64,000 nt of DNA from an uncultured virus (IMG/VR IMGVR_UViG_3300005549_000001) (lineage: Duplodnaviria > Heunggongvirae > Uroviricota > Caudoviricetes): the IMG/VR virus record IMGVR_UViG_3300005549_000001. The stretch is one strand, 5' to 3'. The translations under genes were made by a program, and so were the position numbers. How positions within the stretch are numbered: position 1 is the first letter of the stretch; the number at the start of each line of letters is the position of its first letter. Below, in pieces: positions 1-8,895 of the stretch. Under the pieces are notes generated by a model, which had not been told where the DNA came from, ran no database searches, and was given only the letters and a program-made list of their open reading frames with translations.

Positions 1-100
1 TCTTGTTTTCACGACTTACGCGCGCCTTCGTCGTGAAGTACGTGCTCACGGCCGAGCCCAGGGCGACTCCGACAAGGGTCGCTATTTGGGCGGCGTCCAT
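1..100 (-). CDS. Partial small membrane protein (holin-like?), runs off the window edge
   Basis: ATG at 100 reads MDAAQIATLVGVALGSAVSTYFTTKARVSRENK...: one hydrophobic helix followed by basic residues. Not in the ORF track. Confidence 0.35.
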   Translation of the reverse strand, partial: MDAAQIATLVGVALGSAVSTYFTTKARVSRENK

Positions 101-147
101 GTCAGCAGTGTAGCCTATAAGGAGCCTGCGTCGGTTGTCCTGGATCT

Positions 148-1458
148 TTACAATCCATACCTGCTCGACAAATAGCTGTTGAGGGACGTCGTCTGCCCCG
201 CGGTCGGCACTGCGTCGAAGATGGCGACCTCTACTACCTGAATATTCGCGAAGAGCGTCTGCGGCCCACTCGCGCCGAGTGTGAACGTTGCCAGCGGATC
301 CGTATTGCCCGCTGATGCGCCAGTCACCGTGGTCGCGACGAGTTTTATGTAGTCGCTCGTCGACCCCGAGAACCCGAACTCACCGCGGCCGTAGGTGTTC
401 ACGGCGAGCGCGTTGTTGAGGTTCACCGTCGTGAGGTTCTGCATGCCGATCTGAGGCGTCACTCCGGACTGCAGCGCGCCCATGTGCGTCGCGGTCGTGC
501 CGAAGCCGAAGAGCTTGTCGGTGTTCGTCCACGTCACCTGCCGAAAGACGATCCACACGACCGTGCGCGTCGTCGCCGGAGCGGGTCGGTTGATCGCCGC
601 GTTGACGAGTCGGTCGCTTACCCCGTCAAAGAGAAGGGACGGCGTGCTGTTCGGTCCGCCGGTGGTGTTGTACGTTGGCTGATTCGCCGCCGTCGCCTGC
701 ACGAGGTTAAAGCTGCCTGGACCCTGGTCCATCCAGTTATTGACGCCCGCGCCGTTCGTGCCAGGGTTCACGCCGAGGTCGGAGCGCCACCACGCGACCG
801 TATTGGCGCCCATGATGCTGAGCGGCGTGGTCGGCGCCGTGGCGCCCTCCTCGAGCAAAAACTGCAGCCGAGACGTGACGACGCGGTTTGCGCTGAGCCC
901 TGTCGCGCGCACCGTGATCTTGTCGCCCACGGTGACGCCGACTATCGAGCCGAGGTTAGTAGCCGGTCCGGCGCTGCCGCTGTTGAGGATGAGCGCGAGC
1001 CCCGTCGCCACGTCGTTCACCATCACGGTATAGACGATGTCGTCGGCGCCGGTCGGCGTACCGTGCGTTACATAGAGCGCGTGAATGGTCCCGGTGAACT
1101 GCGCGGTCGTCGCGGTCGCAGCGCTGAGCGCCGCGCTGCCGGTCGAGAACCACGGAAAGAGCGACCCCGTCCCGGTGTTGATCTGATTCGCGCCGAAGGC
1201 GTAGTGGTGAAACCTCGTACCGCTGATGACCGGCGGCGCCGCCCAGTCCGCGGCATTCGCGCCCGTCACGGTGAGCACGTCGCCGACGTCGCCCACGTCC
1301 GCAGCGTCCGGCAGCGTCCAGCTCGACGGCACCCAGAGCACTCCGTTCCACTGCAGGAAAGTGTTCGGCACGACTCCCGGGGGCAGCGTGCCGCCGGGCT
1401 CGCCCGGGCCTAGAGGCGTGCTGCTCGGCGACGCGAAGATGGGGGTGCGGCAGGACAT
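148..1458 (-). CDS. Putative spike/receptor-binding protein: shared N-terminal module plus C-terminal LamG/ConA-like domain
   Basis: Likely start ATG 1458 (TGATG coupling). N-terminal GPGEPGGTLP..FLQWNG.LWVPS module shared with the next two genes. C-terminal WWRSDLG...WMDQG...QATAANQP...FDG...EVAIF...YLSSRYG is typical of phage lectin-like domains. Confidence 0.6.
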   Translation of the reverse strand: MSCRTPIFASPSSTPLGPGEPGGTLPPGVVPNTFLQWNGVLWVPSSWTLPDAADVGDVGDVLTVTGANAADWAAPPVISGTRFHHYAFGANQINTGTGSLFPWFSTGSAALSAATATTAQFTGTIHALYVTHGTPTGADDIVYTVMVNDVATGLALILNSGSAGPATNLGSIVGVTVGDKITVRATGLSANRVVTSRLQFLLEEGATAPTTPLSIMGANTVAWWRSDLGVNPGTNGAGVNNWMDQGPGSFNLVQATAANQPTYNTTGGPNSTPSLLFDGVSDRLVNAAINRPAPATTRTVVWIVFRQVTWTNTDKLFGFGTTATHMGALQSGVTPQIGMQNLTTVNLNNALAVNTYGRGEFGFSGSTSDYIKLVATTVTGASAGNTDPLATFTLGASGPQTLFANIQVVEVAIFDAVPTAGQTTSLNSYLSSRYGL

Positions 1459-2054
1459 CAATACTCCAGGAAGAAGTAGGCGCTGATGCGCACGGTCCTG
1501 TTGCCGGTCGCGCCGGCGCACCGCATGCTGATGAGGTCGCCGACGGACACTGGCACGCTCACGGTTAGGTTACTCACCGGGCCGGCAACGCCGGAGTTGA
1601 GCGAGGCAGAGAGCGCGGTGTCGACCCCATTGACGACGACGGTGTACGTGAGGGCATCCGCGCCCGTGGCCGACGAGTGGAAGAGTCGCAACCAGCGCAG
1701 GTCTCCTGCTAGGAGCACGACGGCGAAGCCGGCGAGCGCCGACGTAGTGCGGGCGGCCAGGCCGAACTGCCATTGATTGAGCCAGACGTCGGTAGCGCTC
1801 ACGCTGAGTGCGCTGTTGTTGTAGATGAGGGAGTTGCCTACCGGAGTCATGAACTCCGAGTCCTCGCCGGTCGCCGTCAGCACCTCGCCGGTCTCGGGCG
1901 CGGCTACGGCGAGCGGCAGCACCCAGCTCGACGGTACCCAGAGCACGCCGTTGAACTGCAGGAAGGCACCGGGGTCACCGCCGGCGGGCAGCGTGCCGCC
2001 GGGCTCTCCTGGTCCCAGGATAAACGGCGGGATGATCGGCGGAGTGCACTCCAT
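1458..2054 (-). CDS. Putative spike/vertex protein, paralog 2
   Basis: Shares the GPGEPGGTLP/FLQFNGVLWVPS/GEVLT module and the TYTV.VN.V.T.L...VGD.I..RA beta domain with its neighbours. Confidence 0.55.
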   Translation of the reverse strand: MECTPPIIPPFILGPGEPGGTLPAGGDPGAFLQFNGVLWVPSSWVLPLAVAAPETGEVLTATGEDSEFMTPVGNSLIYNNSALSVSATDVWLNQWQFGLAARTTSALAGFAVVLLAGDLRWLRLFHSSATGADALTYTVVVNGVDTALSASLNSGVAGPVSNLTVSVPVSVGDLISMRCAGATGNRTVRISAYFFLEY

Positions 2055-2055
2055 C

Positions 2056-2670
2056 TCAGTACTCGAAGTCGAAGCTCACGCAGGTGCGAAGCAGGCGAGT
2101 CGCCGTCGCGCCGTCGGCGCGGATGCTGAGCAGATCGGCGGAACCCACGTCGACGACGTCGACTAGGTTCGAGGCCTTCGCGGTGCCGGTATTGATAGTC
2201 ACGGCGAGCGCAGTGTTTGTGACCTGATTCATGACGAGCGTGTAGGTGATGTTGTCCGTGCTCACGACGGGCGTCGCGTGCAGGACGCGCATGTTGCGCA
2301 GTCGCCCCGAGACTGGGGGGACGAGGAACCCCGCGGCCCCGACGGTCGTTAGCGCGGCGGTGTCGAACTGCCAGGCGACGAGCCAGATGAACGTCGCGGA
2401 TATCTGCCGAGCGCCAATCATCAGCGGACTCTTCCGCTGGAAGAGCGGCTGGAACTGCGAGGCTCCGGCCGCGGTGACGGTGAGCACCTCGCCGAGGTCG
2501 TTCTGGTTTGTCGCAAGCGGCAGCGTCCACGCGGATGGCACCCAGAGCGTGCCGTTCCACTGGAGGAAGTCGCCGGTGTCGCCGTCGGGCAGCGTGCCGC
2601 CCGGTTCACCCCCGCCGGCGGCGAAGCCGACCCTCGTGCTTCCGCAGGGATCGCAGTCAGCGCAGTTCAT
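2056..2670 (-). CDS. Putative spike/vertex protein, paralog 3
   Basis: Same two modules (GEPGGTLP, FLQWNGTLWVPS, ITYTLVMN, LSIRA). Confidence 0.55.
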   Translation of the reverse strand: MNCADCDPCGSTRVGFAAGGGEPGGTLPDGDTGDFLQWNGTLWVPSAWTLPLATNQNDLGEVLTVTAAGASQFQPLFQRKSPLMIGARQISATFIWLVAWQFDTAALTTVGAAGFLVPPVSGRLRNMRVLHATPVVSTDNITYTLVMNQVTNTALAVTINTGTAKASNLVDVVDVGSADLLSIRADGATATRLLRTCVSFDFEY

Positions 2671-3797
2671 GACAGAGGCTGCAGGACGATCATGTGGGTC
2701 GCCCAGGTCTGGGTGTTAGTGTACGTGCTGTCCTTGTCGCCGGTCGAGCCGGCTGGCAAACCGTCGTCGTAATCGGCGTTGAACGTCGTGTCGATGGGGC
2801 TGCCGGGCAGCGCAGTCATGCCTGCCGGGCCGGTCGCTCGGTTCTCGGAATCGGAGGCCTCGAAGCGAAGCAGCAGCGACCCAGCGCGCGCTACGGTGCA
2901 GCTCGCTCCATTCGCCGTCGTGCCCGTCGTTCCGCCCGCGGCCACGGGTCTCGAGGTGTTGCCTCCTGCCGGCACGGGCGTCATGTTGTCGACGTGCTGC
3001 ACCGCGACGAGCCAGACGTCGGTGTAGCCTCCATTTGAAAAGTCATACGACGCCGGCTCGGTGCCGGCATTCGTCACGACCTTCAGAAACAGTTCTGTCT
3101 CCCAGTTGAAACCGGCAAACCCTGAGTCGAAGTTCGCAGAGTTGCCCTGCTTGACGAAGCCCGTAGGCGGAGTGAGGCCGCCTACGTTGTGACCCACGCA
3201 CGCGATGAGCACCGTGCCGTCGACGACGCCGGCGGGCTTCGCGACCGTGTCCGTGCCCGATGGATCGATGAGGGTCGTACTGTCGCCGAGCGTGACGGCC
3301 AGCACCGCGGAGACGGAGTCGGTGACGCTCACGGAGTCTGATGCCGAGCGGCCGAATGTTGCTGTGCGGGCGATGGAATCTGTGACGCTCACGGAGTCGG
3401 ACGACGAGCGGCCGAATGCAGCCGACTCCGCGACCGCGTCGGTGACCGAGACCGAGTCGGCCAGTGTGCGCGAGAAGCTCGAGCTGCTCGCCAGTGAATC
3501 TGTGACGACCACGGTGTCGGAGGCGGATCGACCAAAAGTTGACGACGTCGAGGAAGAATCGGAGACGCCGATCATATCCGACAGCATGAGCTGGATGAGA
3601 TTCGCTCCCTCGATAAAGAGAGCGTCGCTCATCATCACGGCGTCGGATAGGCCGACGCCGAATGTCATCTCTCCGCTCTGGTTGTCTTCAGCGCCTACGG
3701 AATCGGAGAGCGAGATACTGATGAGCCGTCCCGCGCGACTTGAAACTCGGTTGCAAACAATGTCGCACGTCGTTTCGCAGGTCAGCAGGCATCGCAT
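2667..3797 (-). CDS. Virion surface protein with Ser/Asp/Thr-rich repeats
   Basis: About 20-aa repeats (DSVSVTDS..R.A.FGRS.S) followed by a beta-rich C-terminal domain. Confidence 0.55.
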   Translation of the reverse strand: MRCLLTCETTCDIVCNRVSSRAGRLISISLSDSVGAEDNQSGEMTFGVGLSDAVMMSDALFIEGANLIQLMLSDMIGVSDSSSTSSTFGRSASDTVVVTDSLASSSSFSRTLADSVSVTDAVAESAAFGRSSSDSVSVTDSIARTATFGRSASDSVSVTDSVSAVLAVTLGDSTTLIDPSGTDTVAKPAGVVDGTVLIACVGHNVGGLTPPTGFVKQGNSANFDSGFAGFNWETELFLKVVTNAGTEPASYDFSNGGYTDVWLVAVQHVDNMTPVPAGGNTSRPVAAGGTTGTTANGASCTVARAGSLLLRFEASDSENRATGPAGMTALPGSPIDTTFNADYDDGLPAGSTGDKDSTYTNTQTWATHMIVLQPLS

Positions 3798-3801
3798 TCC
3801 A

Positions 3802-4227
3802 TCACTTGAAGGAGACCCACGCCGAGAGCGTCCCGGGATTTGCTGGGTCTCCGACCTCCGTCGCCGTGAAGAAAACTCCCGATTTGCCCGCGGGCACCGA
3901 CAGGGACAGGTCCCACGCGACGCAATCCGGATCCGTCGCTGTTGGGCTCAGATAGACGGTAAAGCACGTGTCGAACTCGCCGCACGTTGCGGTCTGCTGA
4001 AGAACACTCTCCTGCGTTGTCGGCACCCCGCCCGCGGCGGTCCAAAAGATTCGAATCTCAACCTGGTTCGGTGAGATCTGACCGGCGTTGGGGCAGAGCT
4101 CAAAGGTGAACGTCACGCAGTCGGCGCCGTTTGGTACCGAGGCCTCCTCAGACGTTATGGGGGTTGAGAGGGGCTCCTCGTCGACGACGATGGTGGGCGA
4201 TCCGTTGAGATTCACATTGCAGGGCAT
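3802..4227 (-). CDS. Hypothetical beta-rich structural protein
   Basis: Tightly packed ORF, Cys-containing, alternating hydrophobic pattern. Confidence 0.5.
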   Translation of the reverse strand: MPCNVNLNGSPTIVVDEEPLSTPITSEEASVPNGADCVTFTFELCPNAGQISPNQVEIRIFWTAAGGVPTTQESVLQQTATCGEFDTCFTVYLSPTATDPDCVAWDLSLSVPAGKSGVFFTATEVGDPANPGTLSAWVSFK

Positions 4228-4842
4228 CTACGCGATCCTCGGCGAGGAGGGGGACGACGGTGTGCTGCGACGGGCTACCCTGGCGACCTCGTCGATGAAG
4301 GCCTCCCAGGGGAAATTTTTTCCTGGGTCGGTGTGGGTGCTCTTCTTGAACGCCTGACTGACGTCGACGTGGCCGCAGATGCCGGGCACATTTTTCTTCA
4401 GGTGCGACGGGCCGAGCCTCTGGATGGGCAGCTCCCAGCGCTGGCAGATGCCTGCGACGAGGACGGCCGCTCGGGCGAGCATGCCCCGAGAGTACAGGTC
4501 ATCCCACTGGCTGGCTACCTGTCCAGCGCGGCCGGCGCACTCGACGCCGATTCCCCTGGCATTTGCGCCCGGTGCGTGCCAGGCGACGTCGTGCTCCCGG
4601 ACGCTCTGCGTGACCGAATCGAGGTCGACCGCGAAGTGCCAGGAGGCCTTCGGCGCCTGCGGGCCCGCCGCCCACGCGGCGAGGTTCTCTGCGGCGTTCA
4701 TCACTTCAGAGCACTCGGCCGTGTGGATCACGACCCAGAGGACGTCACCCAGGCGCCGGTGAGCCCTTGTGTAGTTCTTGGCTTGCCGCAGGGGCACGCC
4801 GTCGAGGTCACCTTGAGCAAATTTCGAGGGTAGGACGAGCAT
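4228..4842 (-). CDS. N-acetylmuramoyl-L-alanine amidase (Amidase_2), candidate endolysin
   Basis: Zn/catalytic motifs VVIHTAE, ASWHFAVD, AWHAPGAN..GIGVE, ICGHVD, HTDPG. GAGGAGG RBS before ATG 4842. Confidence 0.85.
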   Translation of the reverse strand: MLVLPSKFAQGDLDGVPLRQAKNYTRAHRRLGDVLWVVIHTAECSEVMNAAENLAAWAAGPQAPKASWHFAVDLDSVTQSVREHDVAWHAPGANARGIGVECAGRAGQVASQWDDLYSRGMLARAAVLVAGICQRWELPIQRLGPSHLKKNVPGICGHVDVSQAFKKSTHTDPGKNFPWEAFIDEVARVARRSTPSSPSSPRIA

Positions 4843-5013
4843 TCTCGAGCCTACCTCCTCGACCTTTGCCGACCCGGGCGTTGAAGTTCGACGCACTTGG
4901 GGCAGGTGCGGCGTTTTGTCGCCAGTGCCCACTCCGGAGGCGCGGGAATCAGGTGACCGCACTCGAGCCGGAGATACGCCCGCCCCTTCAAGACGTGCAC
5001 TCCGACGACGCGC

Positions 5014-5043
5014 TTGCGACCACGTTCAAGCACGGAATATACT
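5014..5043 (+). promoter_or_regulatory. Sigma70-like promoter for the plus-strand island
   Basis: TTGCGA-N18-TATACT, ending 10 nt before ATG 5054 (near-leaderless). Confidence 0.45.
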
Positions 5044-5053
5044 GCAAAGTAGC

Positions 5054-6763
5054 ATGCCGGACGACGCCAACGCACCCGACCTGTGGGATCGCATCTGGCG
5101 GCACGATGGCGAGGCAGAGTGGAGGCGGCGGGCCCTGGCAGAAGTCTACGCCCGAGTCTGCCGACTCGTGCCGGAGCGGTCTAAGGTGCTCGACGTCGGC
5201 GGAGGGGTGGGAGTGCTGGCGCGGAGGCTGCGAGACGAGCGGGGCTGCGACTGCGTCGTAGTCGACCAGAGCCCCGAGGCGGCGCGGCGCGCGGCGGACG
5301 CCGGCGTCGCCTCAATCTGCATGCCCTTCGAGGACGCGCTCGGCGTGATGGCCGAGTGGCTGCCCGACGTCGTCGTGGCGACGGAGTTCATGGAGCACCT
5401 CGACTCGCCGCTCCGCGCCGCCCTGCTCGAGTGCGGCAAGAACGTAGGCTCAGCCCTCGTCTCCGTGCCGAATAATCGGCTCGGACCCGACGAGGAGCCG
5501 CAGCACAAGGTGAAGTACACCGCCGCGGAGCTCCTCTTTCAGCTCCGCAGCCACTTCGGCGCCGACTGCCGCGTCGAGGTGCTTGGACCCTACCTGCTCG
5601 GGGTGTGCGGAAAAATCGCCCACAAGGGTTTCACGCTGAGCGTGTGCTTCCCCGCGCGCGACGAGGCCGCCGACATCGAGGCGACGCTCGCGAGCTTCCG
5701 GGGCGTCGCCGATCAGCTCATCGTCGGCATCGACCCGCGGAGCTCTGACGAAACAGAGGAGATCGCGGCGCAGTACGCCGACTTCACGTTCAAGCTCGAC
5801 TCACCCGAGGGCCCCGAGAGCGACCGCGCTCCCGAGGGCGGCGTCCACTTCGCGCACATCCGAAACCAGTGCATGAATCTCTGCAAGGGCGACTGGATCT
5901 TCATGACGGAGGCCCACGAGAGACTCGTCGCCGGCGACGAAGTCCTGCTCGCTCTCGACCGAGCAATGCCGCGGGGGGCGAAGCTCGGCTACGTGGTCCG
6001 GACGGGCAACGGCCAGGCGTGGGCCTTCCCCTGGCTCACTCGGAACGAGCAGAACATCCGCTACTCGAGGATGACGCACAACGTGGTCGACTACCCCGAG
6101 GGGGCCCTCCACGTGCGGCTGCCCACCGTCCGGACGCTCCACGAGCGCCACCGCGACCGCGAGCTCGCGAGGCAGGCGCAGCGCACGGTGCAGAACCGAA
6201 AGACGCTGCTCGAGGATTGGCTCGTCCGTGAGAGCCCCGCATCGCTGCACTACCTCGGCGCCGAGTGGCGCGAGCACGACGAGAGGCGCGCCATCGAGCG
6301 GTTCGAGCAGTTTTTAGCCCTGCCAGCGAAGAACGGCCCGATGCGGTACCATACCCGCCTGATGCTCGCCAAGTGCTACGCGCGCGCCGGCCAGAAGAAC
6401 GATGCGCGCTCGGTGCTCCTCGCCGCCGTGGGCGACGACTGGACGCGGGTCGAGCATTGGCTGTGGCTCGGTGACCTGGCTTTCGAGTCCGGTGACTTCG
6501 AGGAGGCCCTGCAGTTTTACCGCTACTCAGCGACCGCCATCAACGAGCCACCCTTCGCGCTCTGGTGGATCGACCTAGCGACGTACACGTACCTGCCGGC
6601 GCAGAGGCTCGCCATGACGTACGGCGAGCTCGGGCGCGGCGACGAAGCACTCCACTGGGCTAGACGCGTGCGGGAGCTCCTGCCGACGAACGCGCCGGCC
6701 GAGGCGTTCGACGAGGTCGACAGCAACATCCGAATTCTGGAAGAGGCTCTAGCAGCCGCATGA
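5054..6763 (+). CDS. Fusion of class I SAM methyltransferase, GT2 glycosyltransferase and TPR repeats
   Basis: KVLDVGGGVG and ATEFMEH (MTase); LSVCFPARDE..IEATL, FAHIRN, DWIFMTEAHE (GT2-like); helical TPR-like C-terminus. Confidence 0.8.
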   Translation: MPDDANAPDLWDRIWRHDGEAEWRRRALAEVYARVCRLVPERSKVLDVGGGVGVLARRLRDERGCDCVVVDQSPEAARRAADAGVASICMPFEDALGVMAEWLPDVVVATEFMEHLDSPLRAALLECGKNVGSALVSVPNNRLGPDEEPQHKVKYTAAELLFQLRSHFGADCRVEVLGPYLLGVCGKIAHKGFTLSVCFPARDEAADIEATLASFRGVADQLIVGIDPRSSDETEEIAAQYADFTFKLDSPEGPESDRAPEGGVHFAHIRNQCMNLCKGDWIFMTEAHERLVAGDEVLLALDRAMPRGAKLGYVVRTGNGQAWAFPWLTRNEQNIRYSRMTHNVVDYPEGALHVRLPTVRTLHERHRDRELARQAQRTVQNRKTLLEDWLVRESPASLHYLGAEWREHDERRAIERFEQFLALPAKNGPMRYHTRLMLAKCYARAGQKNDARSVLLAAVGDDWTRVEHWLWLGDLAFESGDFEEALQFYRYSATAINEPPFALWWIDLATYTYLPAQRLAMTYGELGRGDEALHWARRVRELLPTNAPAEAFDEVDSNIRILEEALAAA

Positions 6764-6957
6764 ACACGCGATGGTGTGCGTGGTGCGGCGACGACCTCGA
6801 CAAGAGCAATCGGAAACTTCGGTTGAGCAAGAAAAAGACTGCGTCGTTCTTCTGCAACAGCCGATGCGAGCGAGATTTCTGGCACGACGTCTACCGAAGT
6901 GGAGACGACGTCGATACCGTCGCCAAGTCGTTTCTGGTCATCGGGGCGCAGGCATGA
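6760..6957 (+). CDS. Small Cys-motif (TRASH/zinc-finger-like) protein
   Basis: CAWC...FCNSRC; ATGA coupling. Confidence 0.5.
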   Translation: MNTRWCAWCGDDLDKSNRKLRLSKKKTASFFCNSRCERDFWHDVYRSGDDVDTVAKSFLVIGAQA

Positions 6958-7142
6958 TGTACCGGATGAAGGCGTACGTGCTCGTCGAGGCCGACGACAT
7001 GAATGAGGCGTTCGCTAAGATCGGTGAGCACCTGCTCGCCGTTGCGCGCGACGAACCAAGCGAGGCCCTGCTGCCCGGCAGCGAAATCGCATTTGACGAA
7101 GTCGAAGGAGACGAAGATGGAGACGCTGCAGCAAGAAATTGA
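6954..7142 (+). CDS. Hypothetical protein
   Basis: ATGA-coupled start at 6954; acidic 62-aa ORF. Confidence 0.45.
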   Translation: MMYRMKAYVLVEADDMNEAFAKIGEHLLAVARDEPSEALLPGSEIAFDEVEGDEDGDAAARN

Positions 7143-7608
7143 ACTGAAAAAGTTCGGTGGTTATGTGACCGCCGAGGTCGTGCGGGACGGACCGCGGGGG
7201 CCGCGAGTCATATCGCGCCGCATCACGCACAACCTAATCGTGAACGTAGGCAAGAGGCAGATCTGGCGGATGGTGAGCGGCCTCAACACCCAGACGTTCG
7301 ACCAGATGCGCATCGGCACGTCGGGCGCCGCCGCGGCGAGCAACCAGACGAACGTGCTGTCGCCCGTCACCGGCACCATCAATACCGTCGACAGCAAGAC
7401 GCTGCTCGCCGGCACTCGCACGATGCAGTGGGTGATCTCCTATCCGTCGGGCGCCGGCAGCAAGAGCGCAACGGGCATCAAAGAGGTCGTGCTGCTCAGC
7501 CAAAACACGTCGCCGGGCGGATCGGCCATGATGCGCTCCGTTTTCACCTCGGTAAATAAAACCACGGCGGATAAACTCCGCATCCAATATTCAGCTAGGA
7601 TCACCTGA
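7117..7608 (+). CDS. Phage structural protein of tail-collar/baseplate-like type
   Basis: HNLIVNVG...MRIGTSG...IKEVVL...VNKT..DKLRIQY pattern seen in phage fibre-attachment proteins. AAGGAG RBS before ATG 7117. Confidence 0.55.
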   Translation: METLQQEIELKKFGGYVTAEVVRDGPRGPRVISRRITHNLIVNVGKRQIWRMVSGLNTQTFDQMRIGTSGAAAASNQTNVLSPVTGTINTVDSKTLLAGTRTMQWVISYPSGAGSKSATGIKEVVLLSQNTSPGGSAMMRSVFTSVNKTTADKLRIQYSARIT

Positions 7609-7648
7609 TTTTCTTTTTCATTTAAGTTATCGCTGCTACGCTTCTTAC

Positions 7649-8341
7649 GTGCCGTACACGAAGAAGTTCGACAAGACGCTTTACGATCCCCGATGGCTCC
7701 GCCACATGTACGTCTCTAAGAACATGACGCCTCCCGAAATTGCGGAGCATCTTGGCTGCACAATCGGTGCAGTGCTCGACAACCTTCGTCGGCACAAGAT
7801 TCCTCTCGAACCTCGCAAGCGCGTGAGGCAGAGCGGCTCTCATGCACCGCGGCCTCGAACCCGTTTCCTCACGACGCTGCATAATCCTGAGTGGTTGCGA
7901 GAGCACTACGAGGAAAAGAAGCTGAATGCTTCACAGCTCGCTCACCTAACTGGGGCTTCCATACCTGCTACGCTGCGCGCGCTGCGCGTGGCGGGCATAC
8001 GGGTGCGATCAATAGGTGAGGTCAAACGGTGCAAGCCTAACCCGAAAAGGCGCATTCATGATCCAACAGAGGTTGCTTGTCGGCATCGCGCCCGCAAAAA
8101 AACTCCTCCGGGTCCGTGCGTGCTCTGCAGTAAAACAGGCGATGCGGTCAATCACAAGGACCGCAACCCCTTCAATGAGTCCGAAGAAAATTTAGAAAGA
8201 CTCTGCAACCAGTGCCACTCCCGCCAGCATGCCAAAGAGCTGCGCGTCATGATCGAGTGGCTGCGCGACCGATTCGGCGTGCAGTATATCGACATCCACC
8301 TCGAAGCGCGGAGGCGCCTCACTCAAGAGAGGTCTACGTGA
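7649..8341 (+). CDS. Free-standing HNH homing endonuclease with two N-terminal HTH-like repeats
   Basis: CVLC...NHKDRNPFN..NLERLCNQCH. Repeated P.WLR..Y....IA..LG units. Lower GC than the flanks. Confidence 0.8.
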   Translation: MPYTKKFDKTLYDPRWLRHMYVSKNMTPPEIAEHLGCTIGAVLDNLRRHKIPLEPRKRVRQSGSHAPRPRTRFLTTLHNPEWLREHYEEKKLNASQLAHLTGASIPATLRALRVAGIRVRSIGEVKRCKPNPKRRIHDPTEVACRHRARKKTPPGPCVLCSKTGDAVNHKDRNPFNESEENLERLCNQCHSRQHAKELRVMIEWLRDRFGVQYIDIHLEARRRLTQERST

Positions 8342-8577
8342 GCCACAAGGACAAGATTGGCGTCAGCGACGCCATCGACGTCAAGAGCATGTCACCGGCG
8401 GAGCGGCTCAAGCTCAAGCAGCTGCTCGCTGATGTCGCCGTCAACCCGTGCCCGAAATGTGGCAAGGAGACCCGGTCTCACAAGAGCGAGGGCTCGTGTC
8501 CGTCTGACCAGTGCCCGCACGAGAAGAGGCAGCGCATCTGCACGAACGCGAAGTGCCGGAACGTTTTCGAGGAGTGA
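8338..8577 (+). CDS. Small zinc-ribbon protein
   Basis: GTGA-coupled start; CPKC...C...C...CTNAKC. Confidence 0.55.
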   Translation: MSHKDKIGVSDAIDVKSMSPAERLKLKQLLADVAVNPCPKCGKETRSHKSEGSCPSDQCPHEKRQRICTNAKCRNVFEE

Positions 8578-8583
8578 GGCCCC

Positions 8584-8895
8584 GTGGGGCGCCTCCACCT
8601 GCCCCTCGTCGACGAGACCGTTAATCGCGACAACCGAGACGGCTCTCTCTGGCGCCGCGTCGGTACATGCAACAGGTGTGGCTCATGTTGCCGTTCAGGT
8701 GATCCGTTCAACGGTGAACGTGGTACGCCCGCTGTAGAGGGAGCGTGCGCGCTCTACGCTGAGCAGGACGGCGTGGGGACGTGTACAGATCGAAGCGACC
8801 ACTACTATCTGATCGGCTGCGCGCACTGGCCCTCTCTGCCGCGGCACATCGCCGACTATCCCCGGTGTTCGTACGCTTTTGAGCGGATCAACTGA
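8584..8895 (+). CDS. CxxCxxCC (YkgJ-like) metal-cluster protein
   Basis: CNRCGSCCR...CALY...CT...C..WP...C. Confidence 0.65.
   Translation: MGRLHLPLVDETVNRDNRDGSLWRRVGTCNRCGSCCRSGDPFNGERGTPAVEGACALYAEQDGVGTCTDRSDHYYLIGCAHWPSLPRHIADYPRCSYAFERIN

Noticed and set aside
148..2670. Diversity-generating retroelement acting on the paralogous spike genes
   Set aside because: No reverse transcriptase is present in the window, and the differences between copies are not adenine-specific.
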